Notes: generated by a model from the sequence alone, not told the origin. A stretch of 64,000 bases of DNA from Thermomicrobiaceae bacterium (GCA_035693105.1 DASSHC010000467.1:4157-68156), one strand, 5' to 3'; counted from the first letter of the stretch, positions 29,023 to 39,786 are shown. Program-made: numbers and translations.

Positions 29023-29041
29023 TACCCTTCAGATCCTTCGA

Positions 29042-30295
29042 TCAGGCGTCATTTGCTAATTCGCCCGCGGGCCGGACGACCGGCACGACGCGGGCGGCCG
29101 GCAGCAGGCGTTGGTAGACCTGGAGCAGATTCGCCACCGAATGCTCCCAGGCCAACTCCGTCTCCACACGCCGCCGCCCGGCACATCCCAAGCGCTCGCG
29201 TCGCTCCGGATCGTCGATCAGCGCCGCGATCGCCTGGGCGAAGGCACGCTCGTCGTTGCCGGGCACGAAGACCGCCGCGCCTTCCGCCGTGCGCCGGTGC
29301 TCGGTGAGGTCGAAGGCGACGATCGGCCTGGCGACAGCCATGTAATCCATCAGTTTCAGCATGGTCGAGCGGTCGTTGTACGAGTTCTGCGGATCGGGAT
29401 CGACACAGATGTCCGCGCTCGAGAGTAAGCTCGCCAGCCGCGCGTGGTCGTTGATCGGACCGGTGAAGCAGACATGCTGCTCCAGCCGCAGCTCCGCGGT
29501 CAGCGCCTTGAGATCGGCAAGCGCGTCGCCTGGCCCGATCAAGACGCAGTAGATGTCGCGCCGCCCCAGGTCGTCGATCAGAATGCGGAGAGCCCGCAGC
29601 AGGTAGTCGACCCCGTCTTGCCGCCCCATAACGCCCACGTAACCCAGGATCGTTCCGGCGCGGGCGCGCATATCCGCGTCGGGTGCGACCGGCCGCAGCC
29701 GCTTGACGTCCGGCCCGTTGCGCACCACGCTGATGCGCTCGGGCGGCACGTGATCACGCTCGATCTCGACCGCGCGGTACGACTGGTTGGTGGCGATCAC
29801 CTGGTCGGCCACGCGGCAGGAGGCGTGCTCCAGCAGGCTCAGGAGCCGGAAGATTCGGTCGCTCGCCCGCTCACCGAACAGCGCGCGGTACATGTCCGGC
29901 GCCAGGTCGTGATGATCGAAGACGAAGCGCTTGCCGCCGAGCTTGAACAGGGCGCCGATGACGAACATGGTGTCGGGCGGATTGTGAGCGTGCACCACGT
30001 CGACTCCGTAGCGCAGCGCCACCCAGAGCGCCAGCGCCAGCGTCGCCAGCGTGGCGTAGCCAAACTCCCAGGCGAAGCCGAGCGCGCCCGAACCGGGGAA
30101 GAAGCCGGGGTAGCGCAGCACGCGAACGTCGTCCAGCACCTCGGCGTACGGCTGGCCCTGGCGCGCGTGACAGATGACGGTCACGCGATAGCCCGCCTCG
30201 GTCAGCGCCAGCGCCTCACGCCGCACGCGCACGTCGGTGGGATACGGCTGGTTCTCGACCAGCATCAGCACGCGATTGCCCGGCGCGTCACGCAT
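29042..30295 (-). CDS. Glycosyltransferase family 4 (GT-B)
   Basis: ATG 30295 (MRDAPGNRVLMLVEN). GT4 N-terminal domain and a C-terminal E-x7-E-like region. Overlaps the asnB-like stop by 8 nt. Confidence 0.85.
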   Translation of the reverse strand: MRDAPGNRVLMLVENQPYPTDVRVRREALALTEAGYRVTVICHARQGQPYAEVLDDVRVLRYPGFFPGSGALGFAWEFGYATLATLALALWVALRYGVDVVHAHNPPDTMFVIGALFKLGGKRFVFDHHDLAPDMYRALFGERASDRIFRLLSLLEHASCRVADQVIATNQSYRAVEIERDHVPPERISVVRNGPDVKRLRPVAPDADMRARAGTILGYVGVMGRQDGVDYLLRALRILIDDLGRRDIYCVLIGPGDALADLKALTAELRLEQHVCFTGPINDHARLASLLSSADICVDPDPQNSYNDRSTMLKLMDYMAVARPIVAFDLTEHRRTAEGAAVFVPGNDERAFAQAIAALIDDPERRERLGCAGRRRVETELAWEHSVANLLQVYQRLLPAARVVPVVRPAGELANDA

Positions 30296-32222
30296 TCGCA
30301 CCACCTCCCGAGAGCTGGAACACCGCGGACTCGACCCGCGGGCGCGTGCCATCCAGGTACTGCCGCTGCCACAGCTCGACGCCCAGCAGGCCCCAGATCA
30401 ACTGACCGTGATCGGCGAAGCCGCGCTCGTGCTCGTCGAGGAGAGACGCCACGTACTCCGGCACGAAGAGTCCCCGTTGTCGCAGGACATCCGTCGCCAG
30501 GATTTCGCGCACCCAGTCGCGCGCTTCGCCGCGGAACCAGACCGACGTCGGAATGGCAAAGCCCTTCTTGCGCCGCTCGATGATCTCGGGCGGCAAGAGA
30601 GGCGCGGCCACCTTCCGCAACAGGTACTTGCGCGTTAGCCGGTGCAGTTTCAGGCTGGGCGGTAGCGCGGCCGCGAACTCCACCAGCTTGTGGTCGAGGA
30701 GCGGCACGCGCGCCTCCAGCGACGCCGCCATGCTGGTCTTGTCGCCGCGCGCCAGCAGATCGTCCGGTAGCCAGAGCTTGCTGTCGACGTAGAGCATGCG
30801 ATTGAGCGGCTCCGAGGCATCCGCGCGTGCGAGCGCGGCGGCAATGACGCGCTCCGGCCCGCCGGCGTCAAGCGAGCTTGCGCACTCGGGAGTCAGCAGC
30901 TGCGCGCGCCGCTCGGCATTGAAGAGCGGAAACCAGGAGGAGAAGCGCCGGACTTCGTCGGGTTGTGCCAGCGCGTAGAGGGCCAGCTTCGGTCCCCGCA
31001 GGCCCGGCAGGCGCCGCGCGCCGGCCAGAGCCGCACGGCGCACCACGCTTGGCGAGCGCCGCGCCAGTGGCGAGAGCCGCTCGCCGGAGTAGCGCGCGTA
31101 GCCGGCGAAGAGTTCGTCGCCACCCTCGCCGGTCAGCACCATCTTGACGTGCTCGGCGGCCAGTCGCGACACCATGAAGTTCGCCACCGCCGCCTCGTCC
31201 GCGATTGGCTGGTCGAGGTGCCAGATGACGCGCTCGGCTTGCGTCATGAAATCGCGCGCCGTCAGCGTCACCTCGTGGTGATCGGCGCCGTAGCGACGCG
31301 CCACCGCGCGCGCGTAGGGCGCCTCGCTGTACGCGGCGCCTTCGCCTTCGTAGACGACGGCGAAGGTCTTGACCGGCTGCTCCAGGACCTCGCTCATCAG
31401 CGCCACGACCGTGCTGGAGTCGAGCCCGCCGCTCAGGAAGGCACCGAAGGGCACGTCGCTCATCAGGTGCATCCGCACCGTCTCGCGCAGCAGCGCCCCT
31501 AGCTCCTCAGCGTACTCCGCCTCCCGCCGGGCTGGATGTTGCGGCTGAAACGAGAGATCCCAGTAGCGCTTGAGCCGTACGCCGTCCTCGTCGCAGACGA
31601 GGAATTGCCCCGGTTCGAGCGCGCGGATGCCCTGAAACATCGTCTGCGGCGCCGGCACATATTTCAGCGCCAGGAAGTTGCCCAGGGCATCCATGTCGAG
31701 GCGACGCTCGACCGCCGGGTGCTCAAGGATCGCCTTGATCTCGGAACCGAAGAGCAGCCGACCGCCAAAATCGGTGTAGTAGAGCGGTTTGATCCCCAGG
31801 CGGTCGCGCGCTAGCAAGAGGCGGCGCCGGCGGCTGTCCCAGAGCGCGAAGCCGAACATCCCGCGCAGGCGCTCGACGCACGCCTCGCCGACCTCCTCGT
31901 AGAGATGGACGATCACCTCGGTGTCGCTGTTGCTTTGAAAGGCGTGGCCGCGGGCAAGCAGTTCATCCCGCAGCTCGCGGTAGTTGTAGATCTCGCCGTT
32001 GAAGACGAGCACTACCGAATCGTCCTCGTTGAACATCGGCTGGTGCCCGCCGGCCAGATCGATGATGCTCAGGCGCCGGAATCCCAGCCCCAGCCCGCCG
32101 TCGACAAAGGCGCCGTCGTCATCCGGACCGCGATGCCGCATGGCGTCGGCCATGCGCCGCAGGGTGAAGGGCTCGGCCGGCTGACCATCCCGGTAGTCGT
32201 AGATCCCGCAGATGCCGCACAT
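30288..32222 (-). CDS. asnB: Asparagine synthase (glutamine-hydrolysing) family amidotransferase
   Basis: N-terminal MCGICG nucleophile, RGPDD, SGGLDSS PP-loop. The true start is taken at ATG 32222 so that Cys is residue 2. Confidence 0.9.
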   Translation of the reverse strand: MCGICGIYDYRDGQPAEPFTLRRMADAMRHRGPDDDGAFVDGGLGLGFRRLSIIDLAGGHQPMFNEDDSVVLVFNGEIYNYRELRDELLARGHAFQSNSDTEVIVHLYEEVGEACVERLRGMFGFALWDSRRRRLLLARDRLGIKPLYYTDFGGRLLFGSEIKAILEHPAVERRLDMDALGNFLALKYVPAPQTMFQGIRALEPGQFLVCDEDGVRLKRYWDLSFQPQHPARREAEYAEELGALLRETVRMHLMSDVPFGAFLSGGLDSSTVVALMSEVLEQPVKTFAVVYEGEGAAYSEAPYARAVARRYGADHHEVTLTARDFMTQAERVIWHLDQPIADEAAVANFMVSRLAAEHVKMVLTGEGGDELFAGYARYSGERLSPLARRSPSVVRRAALAGARRLPGLRGPKLALYALAQPDEVRRFSSWFPLFNAERRAQLLTPECASSLDAGGPERVIAAALARADASEPLNRMLYVDSKLWLPDDLLARGDKTSMAASLEARVPLLDHKLVEFAAALPPSLKLHRLTRKYLLRKVAAPLLPPEIIERRKKGFAIPTSVWFRGEARDWVREILATDVLRQRGLFVPEYVASLLDEHERGFADHGQLIWGLLGVELWQRQYLDGTRPRVESAVFQLSGGGANA

Positions 32223-33235
32223 CACTCGCCCCTATCGAGCACGACGCGCGTCGATCGCCGCTCCCGGCGCGCCAGCACGTCGTCGTAGATCGCGCGCACC
32301 TGCCCGACGATCACCTCGGGCGCGTAGCGTCGCGCCCGTAGCCGGCCATCGGTCCGTGGCAGCACGGTCAGGATTTCACGCAACTTCATCGCGAACTCAT
32401 CGGCCGAGAACCCCGCCAGGTAGCACCAGTCCGTCCCGGCGATCACCTCGCGGATGTCGCCCACTTCGGTGGCCACGATCGGGAGGTTGCAGGCCAGCGC
32501 CTGCTTGACCACGTTAGGCGAGCCCTCAGAGTACGAGGGGAAGACCAACGCGTCGCAAGCGCTCATGTAGAGGGCAAGCCGCTCCTGGCTCTCACGCCAC
32601 ACGACCAGAAGCTCAACCGACGGATCTTCGGCCGCCAACCGCTCGGCGGCCGCCCGCGCCAGCGCGTAGTTCTTGCGCCCGTTGTCCGGATCGGCGGCGA
32701 ACAACAGGTATTTCTTGTCGGCTTCCAGACCGAGCTGTCGCCGTGCCTGCTCGCGCGACGTGACCTGGAAGGTGTCGAAGTCGACCTCGTGCGGCACGAT
32801 GTGAACATTGGTGTTCGGAATCTTGTCGGCCATCTCCTGGCTCTGCACGATGGCGGCATCAGCCAGTCTCGCCAGGAGCTGCCCCGCGGGCACAACGATC
32901 GCGTTCGAGCGATCGGGGCGACCATTCCAGCTGAAGGCGCCGGTCAAATCGGCCCCTTCGTAGGTGACGACCAGCGGCAGCTTCCACTGGCAGCGCGCCA
33001 CCATGCCGCTGTAACTGTAGAAGGCGTGGATCAGATCGTAGCGCTCGCGTAGCAGCCGCTGCTGCAGCTGCACAACGCCCCAGGGGTAGATCAGCTTGCG
33101 GAAGCGCCCGTCCATCGCCATGACGTCGATCTCGACTCCCGCACGCCGCAGGCACTCCACCTGAGTGCGCACGAAGGTGCCGAAAACCGGCTTGTCCGGC
33201 GTCGGGTAAATGTTCGTCACGACCAGCACTCTCAC
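32222..33235 (-). CDS. Glycosyltransferase family 4 (GT-B)
   Basis: MRVLVVTNIYP..., C-terminal FPSYSEGSPNVVKQALACNLPIV. GTG start overlapping the GT2 stop (GTGA). Confidence 0.85.
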   Translation of the reverse strand: MRVLVVTNIYPTPDKPVFGTFVRTQVECLRRAGVEIDVMAMDGRFRKLIYPWGVVQLQQRLLRERYDLIHAFYSYSGMVARCQWKLPLVVTYEGADLTGAFSWNGRPDRSNAIVVPAGQLLARLADAAIVQSQEMADKIPNTNVHIVPHEVDFDTFQVTSREQARRQLGLEADKKYLLFAADPDNGRKNYALARAAAERLAAEDPSVELLVVWRESQERLALYMSACDALVFPSYSEGSPNVVKQALACNLPIVATEVGDIREVIAGTDWCYLAGFSADEFAMKLREILTVLPRTDGRLRARRYAPEVIVGQVRAIYDDVLARRERRSTRVVLDRGE

Positions 33236-34300
33236 GCCAACACTCCCTTCACCAGATTCCGCTCGCTGGCGTCCGAGTCCTCAGGCAGTCGCTCACGCAG
33301 CACGGCAAAGCGCGGCAGCGCCGGCGCGTCCGCGCCGAGCCGGTAGCCGCGGATCATCCCCTCCAGGAAGAGGAGACGCACCACCAGGCTGTGGAGCGTG
33401 CGGTAGGGACTGCGCTTGCGCGCCGCGTCGGCGCCAAGCGCTAGCGCCGCCAGCACCAGCCAGGCCACCAGCGGCCTCGCGTCGCGGCGCGCCGCGCTTG
33501 CCACGAGCGCCAAGCCGCTGGCGCCCAGCCCCGCCGCCGCGGGCAGCGCGTAGCCCCGCTCACGCAGATACGTCCAGGTGAGCGGCGTGCCAGCATGAAG
33601 ACGGACTACCTGTCCCGCTCCAAGATAGAGCCGGCGGCGACGGCGCCCGAAGAGCGATCCGATCCGATCGGTCGGCGCGGTGTAGTGACTGACCATTGGG
33701 CGCTCCAGGCGCACCACCCGCCAGCCGCCGCAGCGCAGGCGCAGGCAGAGCTCCGGCTCCTCCTCGGAGTAGAGCGCGGCGTTGAACGAGCCAACGCTGT
33801 CCAGGGCCGCGCGGCGATAGAGCGCCGCTCCGCCGCCATGCGTCACGTCGATCACGGCGGCGCCGACCTGCGTTGTCGTGCCGCGCGTCGAGAACGTCAC
33901 ACCCAGCGGCAAATCGACGATCTGACCCGACACCACCGCGATCTCCGGGGCGTGTCGAAGCAGCCCCAGCGCCTCGGTTAGCCAGCCCCGGCGCAGCTCC
34001 ATGTCGCCGTCGAGGAAGAGCACCACGTCGACCGACAGCCGGCCCATCCCGGCGACGCGCCCGGCGGCCGCGGTTAGCCGTTGCTCGGCGTCGAGGCGGA
34101 TCACCTCGATCGGGTAGTCGCAAGCGACGGCGGCGGTGCCATCGCGCGAGGCCGAGTCGACTAGCACGATCTCAGTCCCCGGCAGACCGCGCGTCTCCTC
34201 CAGTACCGACTCGATCAGCCGGCGAACGTTCCACTCCTGGTCGCGCGCGATCAGCACCACGCCCAGACGCTGGTCGAAATCGCCTCGCTTCAGCACCACG
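33232..34300 (-). CDS. Glycosyltransferase family 2
   Basis: LGVVLIARDQEWNVRRLIESV, VLVDSASRDGT, and LFLDGDM (DxD-like). The start is set at GTG 34297/34300 because the upstream gene ends at 34302. The rest of ORF 33232..35178 is a frame shadow. Confidence 0.8.
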
Positions 34301-34301
34301 C

Positions 34302-37300
34302 TTATCCCTTCCAAACCGTCTGGTAGCGCAATCGGGCGCGCGCCGGACTGCCACTCTCGGCAACGGTCAGCCCGGCTAGCCCCACCAGATAAACAGCGGC
34401 CGCGGCCAGCAGGGTCACCGGCAGCGAGCCTGGCCGCCCCAGCTGAATCGCGAGCGCCATCGCCAGCGACGCCAACGCCGGTTTCCAGGCGGCACGCGCG
34501 AGCAGCCCAAGAGGGAACTCGCTTGCGATCGGCCGGTAATGGAGTATCAGGTCCACGACGCGAACCAGCAGCGCCGCCAGCGCGGCGCCGACGAAACCGA
34601 ACGCGGGGATCAAGAGCCCGCCCGCAACGATGCTGACCGCCAGGTCGACGGCCACGATCCGCAACGCGACCCGCTCGCGCAGGCTGGCCACCAACACTTG
34701 CCCCAGAACGCTGGTCAGCGCACTGGCGATCAGCCCCCAACAAAGGATCTGCAGCGCGGTGGCGGCTGGCGATAATCGGTCGGGGCCGTAGAGCACCCGC
34801 ACGGCTGGCTCCGCCAGCAGGTACAACCCGGCGGCCATGGGCAGCGCGAGCGCCAATAGCACCTCGATAACCGGCGCGGCCAACCCGCGCAGCTCCCCGC
34901 CAGCCAGCCCGAAGCGGCGGCACATCGCCGGCACCACTCCCACCACCAGGCTCTGCAGCACCAGCGAGACCGGCACCAGCAACTGGGTCGCCGCGTTGTA
35001 GAAGCCTACGTCGCTCTCGCTGCGGTAGTGCGACAGCAGCACCACGTTCAGGCTGCTGCTGATCGCGATCACGCCGTCGATGCCGAGAAAGGTCAACGTG
35101 GCATGCAGCAGGCGCCTGCACAAGCCCAGGTCGAGCGTGAAGCGCGGTCGCACCACAACGCGCGCGACAAAGCCCCACTCCAGCAGCAGGCTCAGCGTCT
35201 GCGTGGCCAGCAGCACGAGCGCCAGCGGTTCCAGTCCGCCCCCGCGCGTGATCACCGCGAACGCCAGCGCGATCTTCAGCAGGTTCATTGGGACATTGGC
35301 GACTGCGATCAGTCCCATGCGCTCGACACCCTGCAGGACCGCCTCGCAGATGGCCGAGAGCGCGTAGGGCACGAGCCCTAGCGAGAGGAGGACGATGACC
35401 TGGGCGGTGTTGGGGGCGTAGCCCATCAGCCGCACGAAGACGGACGCCGCCGCGATGCTGAGGAGCGAGGTCGCCAGCACCACCGCGCTGGCGTTGACCA
35501 ACGCCACGCCAGCCTGCTCCCGCCGCCGCGCCACCTCACGCATCACCAGCGACTTCAACCCAGCCGTCGCCAGAATTTGGAAGGTGTAGAAGAGCGTCAG
35601 CGCCAGCGAGAGCTGCCCGAACTGCTCGGCGCCCAGGCGGCGGGCCACCAGGGTATAGAGCACGAAGGTCGCCGCGCGATTGACCGCGTCGCTGGCCAGC
35701 ATCGCCCCGGCGTTGTGCGCGATCACCCGCCAGCTGTGCTCCGGCCGAGCTTCCTTGTTTGCGGCATCGCTCTTGTTCCCCTCTCTCAGAATGAGGAGAG
35801 GGGTGGGGCGGGAGAGTTCTCGCGTGGGGGACGGCGGCAACGGGGATCCGCCTATGCTAATGACGGCCGGAGCGATTGCGGTAGGGCCGACCTCCCGTGT
35901 CTGACCGCTTCGATGCGAGGGAGAGACTCCGGCCAGCGGCACTCCAAGCGGCCGCAGCAGTGGCCGCGCGGCACGCACTCGCGGCCGTCGCGGAACTGGC
36001 ACCGGAAGTGGAGGCGGCTGAGGCTCGTCCATCGCCGGCAGGCTCACGAGCGCGGTCAGCAGGGCCGCGATGACCCAGAGCTCCTCCACCAGGGTTCGGT
36101 CGTTGAAGATATCGAGCGCCATGTGGACCATGTGGCCGACAAGCGACGCCAGCAAGGCCGCGGCGATGATCGCCATCGTGGGGTCCTGGATACGGCTCGC
36201 ACGCAGCCCGCGCCGCAGGCTCGCCAGCAGGAAGAGGATGAAGCCGGCGAAGGCGACGGCACCGTCCTCGGCCCAGACCAGCAGATATTTGTTGTGGACG
36301 GTGTACAGCCAGTCGGCCGACAAGTCGGGCGTCGCGTACTGCTTGAGTATCACCGCGAAATTGTTCGCGCCCACACCGAAGAGGGGATGATCGCGGATTA
36401 CACGCAGCGCCAGCTTCAGCAGCGGCCAGCGGCCGTCGGCCGCCTGAGCACCCTCGGAGTCGAAGAAACGCGCCGGCAAAGCCCCGTGCACCGTGAGCAG
36501 GAGGACGGCGGCGCCGATAACTCCCGTGATCGGGATCACCGGCGAGAGCCAGCCGCGCCGCACCGCGATGGCGGTAAAGACGGCCAGCGAGACGGCCAGC
36601 GCCAACATCCCACCGCGTGACTGGGTCAGGAGCAGCGACAGCAGTCCAAGCCCGCACGCGGAACAACCCAGCAGCCGCCACAATTTCGACCGACCGCGCC
36701 AGGCCAGGGCCAGCGCGGGCACCAGCAATAGCTCGAAGTAGGCCGCGGCGCCGTTCGGGCCGCCGATCGTACCCCCATAACGCGGCGAGACTACCTTCCC
36801 GTTGATGCTGCTGTCGGTGCGTGTCTTGATGCCGAGGAAATGCAGATCGTGATGCAGCGCGAAGGTGGCCAGGATGACGATGCTCTCCAGCAGCACGCCG
36901 GCCAACAGCACGCCGACGACGAACTCGACATCGGCGCGCGTGCGGACGGTGCTGACCAGGTAGATGAAGAGCAGCAGCGTCTGGAGCAGCATGAACAGCT
37001 CAAAGACCGACAGCGAGCGTTCGGTCGCCGCCAGCAGCGAGAGACCGGCGAACCCCACATAGACGAAGAGCGGCAGCGCCGACCGCGGATTGGGGCGGTT
37101 TTCGGTGCGGCGAAGCAGCAGCTCGCCGAGCCAGAGCGCGTAGAGGAGGGCCAGGCACGCGGTCGTGGCCGAGAGGCCGAGCCCGCCGATGGCGCCGAGC
37201 TGCGCTTCGGCCAGGTGGTAGTCGAGGTGGGTCTCGATGCGAAACGGGATGCCCAATAGGACCACGGCCAGCAACAGCCGGCGCACATCGCCGACGATCG

Positions 37301-37499
37301 CCCCCACCAGCGCGCCCAGGAGCGCCACGGTCAGCATCGGAGCGAAGCGCGAGTGGAGGCCCGAGGCCAGCACGATGTAGCTGCCGAGCGCCAGGCCGGC
37401 AATCACCGCCGCCAGAGCCTGTACCGGGAGGCTGTCGCTGGAGAGCCAGGCTCTCGCCCGGCTCCCCGCCTCGCGCTCCAGCAGCCCGTACGGCCTCAT
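34302..37499 (-). CDS. Fused O-antigen ligase/Wzy-like polymerase (N-terminal) and Wzx/MOP-type flippase (C-terminal)
   Basis: One uninterrupted 1065-codon frame. The N-terminal half has SRGGMLALAVSL, HPLFGVGANNF and HNKYLLVWAEDG. The C-terminal half has LVARRLGAEQFGQLSLALTLFYTF plus many TM spans. A Pro/Arg-rich linker of about 110 aa joins them. Confidence 0.7.
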   Translation of the reverse strand: MRPYGLLEREAGSRARAWLSSDSLPVQALAAVIAGLALGSYIVLASGLHSRFAPMLTVALLGALVGAIVGDVRRLLLAVVLLGIPFRIETHLDYHLAEAQLGAIGGLGLSATTACLALLYALWLGELLLRRTENRPNPRSALPLFVYVGFAGLSLLAATERSLSVFELFMLLQTLLLFIYLVSTVRTRADVEFVVGVLLAGVLLESIVILATFALHHDLHFLGIKTRTDSSINGKVVSPRYGGTIGGPNGAAAYFELLLVPALALAWRGRSKLWRLLGCSACGLGLLSLLLTQSRGGMLALAVSLAVFTAIAVRRGWLSPVIPITGVIGAAVLLLTVHGALPARFFDSEGAQAADGRWPLLKLALRVIRDHPLFGVGANNFAVILKQYATPDLSADWLYTVHNKYLLVWAEDGAVAFAGFILFLLASLRRGLRASRIQDPTMAIIAAALLASLVGHMVHMALDIFNDRTLVEELWVIAALLTALVSLPAMDEPQPPPLPVPVPRRPRVRAARPLLRPLGVPLAGVSPSHRSGQTREVGPTAIAPAVISIGGSPLPPSPTRELSRPTPLLILREGNKSDAANKEARPEHSWRVIAHNAGAMLASDAVNRAATFVLYTLVARRLGAEQFGQLSLALTLFYTFQILATAGLKSLVMREVARRREQAGVALVNASAVVLATSLLSIAAASVFVRLMGYAPNTAQVIVLLSLGLVPYALSAICEAVLQGVERMGLIAVANVPMNLLKIALAFAVITRGGGLEPLALVLLATQTLSLLLEWGFVARVVVRPRFTLDLGLCRRLLHATLTFLGIDGVIAISSSLNVVLLSHYRSESDVGFYNAATQLLVPVSLVLQSLVVGVVPAMCRRFGLAGGELRGLAAPVIEVLLALALPMAAGLYLLAEPAVRVLYGPDRLSPAATALQILCWGLIASALTSVLGQVLVASLRERVALRIVAVDLAVSIVAGGLLIPAFGFVGAALAALLVRVVDLILHYRPIASEFPLGLLARAAWKPALASLAMALAIQLGRPGSLPVTLLAAAAVYLVGLAGLTVAESGSPARARLRYQTVWKG

Positions 37500-37523
37500 C
37501 TCGCGCTGCCCCGCCCGGCCCGG

Positions 37524-38657
37524 CTAGTTCGCCGCGATGGCGCAGGCAGCCCCGCGCTCGGCCATGAATGCGCGCACGGCCTCGGCCACGTAGTCGATCT
37601 GCTCAGCCTGCAATTCGGCGTACATCGGCAGCGACAGCATCTCCTGCGCCGCGGCCTCCGAGATCGGGAAATCACCCTCGCGATAGCCCAGCTCGGTATA
37701 GGCCGGTTGCAGGTGAATCGGAATCGGGTAGTGGATACCCGTCGCGATGCCGCGCTCCCCGAGGTAGGCCCGCAGGGCATCGCGCGCGCGCGTGCGAATG
37801 ATGTAGAGGTGCCAGACCGGCTCGACCTCCGGCATCACCGGCGGCAACATCACCCCACTTCCCGCGAGGAGCCGGCTATAGCGCGCGGCATGTTGCCGGC
37901 GAGCCGCGTTCCAGTCATCCAGGTAACGCAACTTGATCCGCAACGCGGCCGCCTGGAGGGTGTCGAGCCGGTGGTTGTAGCCCTGTATCTCGTGGTGGTA
38001 CTTCTCGCTCTGGCCGTAGTTGCGCAGCAGTTGCAGCCGCGCCACCAGTTCCGGATCGGCGGTTACGACCATCCCCCCGTCGCCGTAGGCGCCCAGGTTC
38101 TTAGCCGGGTAGAAGCTGTAGGCCGCGGCGTGGCCGAGCGCCCCGGTACGCTTGCCCTTGTAGCGCGCGCCGTGCGCCTGGCAGGCGTCCTCGATCACGA
38201 TCAGCCCGTGGCGCGCGGCCAGTTCGTTGATCGGATCCATGTCCTCTGGGTGGCCATAGAGATGCACCGGCATGATGGCGCGCGTGCGCGGGGTGATGGC
38301 ACGCTCCAGGCGCTCCAGATCGAGCGTCAATGTTTCGGGGTCGATATCCACCAGCACGGGCCGCGCGCCGACCATCGAGATCGTCAACGCGGTCGCGATG
38401 AAGGTATTGGCGCTGGTGATGACCTCATCACCAGGGCCGATGCCGTAGCCCCGCAAGATGAGCGTCAGCGCCGACATGCCCGAGTCGACCCCTACCGCGA
38501 ACGGCGCCTCGCAGTAGGCCGCGAACTCCTCCTCAAAGCGCTCCAGATCGCGCCCGAGGATAAAGTCGCCGCGCTGGAGCACCGCCCCCATCGCCGCGTC
38601 GACTTCACGTCCGATCGCCGCGTACTGCGCGCCGAGATCGACGAACGGCACCTGCAT
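37524..38657 (-). CDS. DegT/DnrJ/EryC1/StrS-family PLP-dependent sugar aminotransferase
   Basis: ATG 38657 (GGAGAAG upstream). VPFVDLGAQY, GDEVITSANTF, DACQAHGA, SFYPAKNLGAYGDGG. Confidence 0.9.
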   Translation of the reverse strand: MQVPFVDLGAQYAAIGREVDAAMGAVLQRGDFILGRDLERFEEEFAAYCEAPFAVGVDSGMSALTLILRGYGIGPGDEVITSANTFIATALTISMVGARPVLVDIDPETLTLDLERLERAITPRTRAIMPVHLYGHPEDMDPINELAARHGLIVIEDACQAHGARYKGKRTGALGHAAAYSFYPAKNLGAYGDGGMVVTADPELVARLQLLRNYGQSEKYHHEIQGYNHRLDTLQAAALRIKLRYLDDWNAARRQHAARYSRLLAGSGVMLPPVMPEVEPVWHLYIIRTRARDALRAYLGERGIATGIHYPIPIHLQPAYTELGYREGDFPISEAAAQEMLSLPMYAELQAEQIDYVAEAVRAFMAERGAACAIAAN

Positions 38658-38701
38658 CTTCTCCACACCGGACCTTCCCTTCATGCTACTGACCCACACG
38701 C

Positions 38702-39786
38702 TCAGTTAGCGGTCTCGCTCAGGCGCGCCGCGTTCCGCCGCGCTGAGTAGTCGTACAGACGGCCCCATTCGACATCGACCGGCGCGCCCTGCTTGGCGAT
38801 CGAGCGATCAATCGCCTCCAGCACCGCGACCACGTCCCGCCCGGCACGGCCGTCCGTGAGCGGTGTGCTACCGGTCGCGATGCACTCCAGGAAATGGCGG
38901 CTCTGGGTCTTCAGCGGTTCGCTCACGTCGATGCGCGGCGAGATGATGGCGCCGTCGCGCACGGTGAAGTGGTACTCGCCATACGAAGGCGCTTCCGGCG
39001 GGGCCGGAGCGATCCCCTTCTCGAAGACCTTCACCTGCTCGGGCGTCAGAAGGTCGTTGAAGACGATCCGCTTCTCGCTGCCGACGACCACCACCTCGCG
39101 CACTTTGTGCGGGTCGGCCCAGCTCACGTGGACATGCGCCACCACGCCGTCGGGATAGCCCAGCGAGATGAAGCCGACGTCTTCGCGTCCGTTCTGGAGC
39201 ACCCGCGCCCCGACCGCGCTGACCCACTCCGGCACGCTGTCGAGCAGGAAGTTGAAGATCGAGATGTCGTGCGGCGCGAGATCCCAGAGGGCATTGACGT
39301 CGTGACGGATCGGGCCGAGGTTCGTACGCCGCGAGTAGAGGTAATAGACCGTGCCGATCTCGTCGGCGTCCAGATACTCCTTCACTTTGCGCACGCCCGC
39401 GTTGTAGACGAAGGTGTGACCCACCATCAGCAGCACGCCCCTGGCATCGGCCTGGCGGATCAATTCGTCGGACTCGGCCACGGTGGTCGCGATCGGCTTC
39501 TCGACCAGAATGTGCTTGCCGGCCGCGATGCACTGGCTGGTGACCGCGAAGTGGCCGGTCGCCGGCGTGCAAACCACGACCGCGTCGACTCCCGGCGTCG
39601 CCAGCATCTCCTCCACCGAGTCGGTGATTGCCACGCCCGGAACCTGCCGCTTGACCTCGGCCAGCCGCTCCGGTCGCTGGTCGCAGGCAACCACCACGCG
39701 CGCTCCTGGCACTTGGTCGAAGACCCGCACATAGTTGATGCCCCAGTAGCCGCAGCCGAGCACCGCCACGCCGATTGGTTCGTTCA
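38702..39786 (-). CDS. Gfo/Idh/MocA-family NAD-dependent sugar oxidoreductase (WbpB-like)
   Basis: Rossmann start IGVAVLGCGYWG and the EKP motif (ILVEKPIA). GTG 39786 is preceded by GGAGGAGG. The ORF-track start at 39823 is the alternative. Confidence 0.85.

Noticed and set aside
34301-35178. 5' extension of the GT2 ORF (33232..35178)
   Set aside because: The extension overlaps the flippase domain of the upstream gene in another frame and translates to Arg/Gly/Ala-rich sequence. The GT2 domain begins right after the upstream stop at 34302, with GTG starts at 34297/34300.
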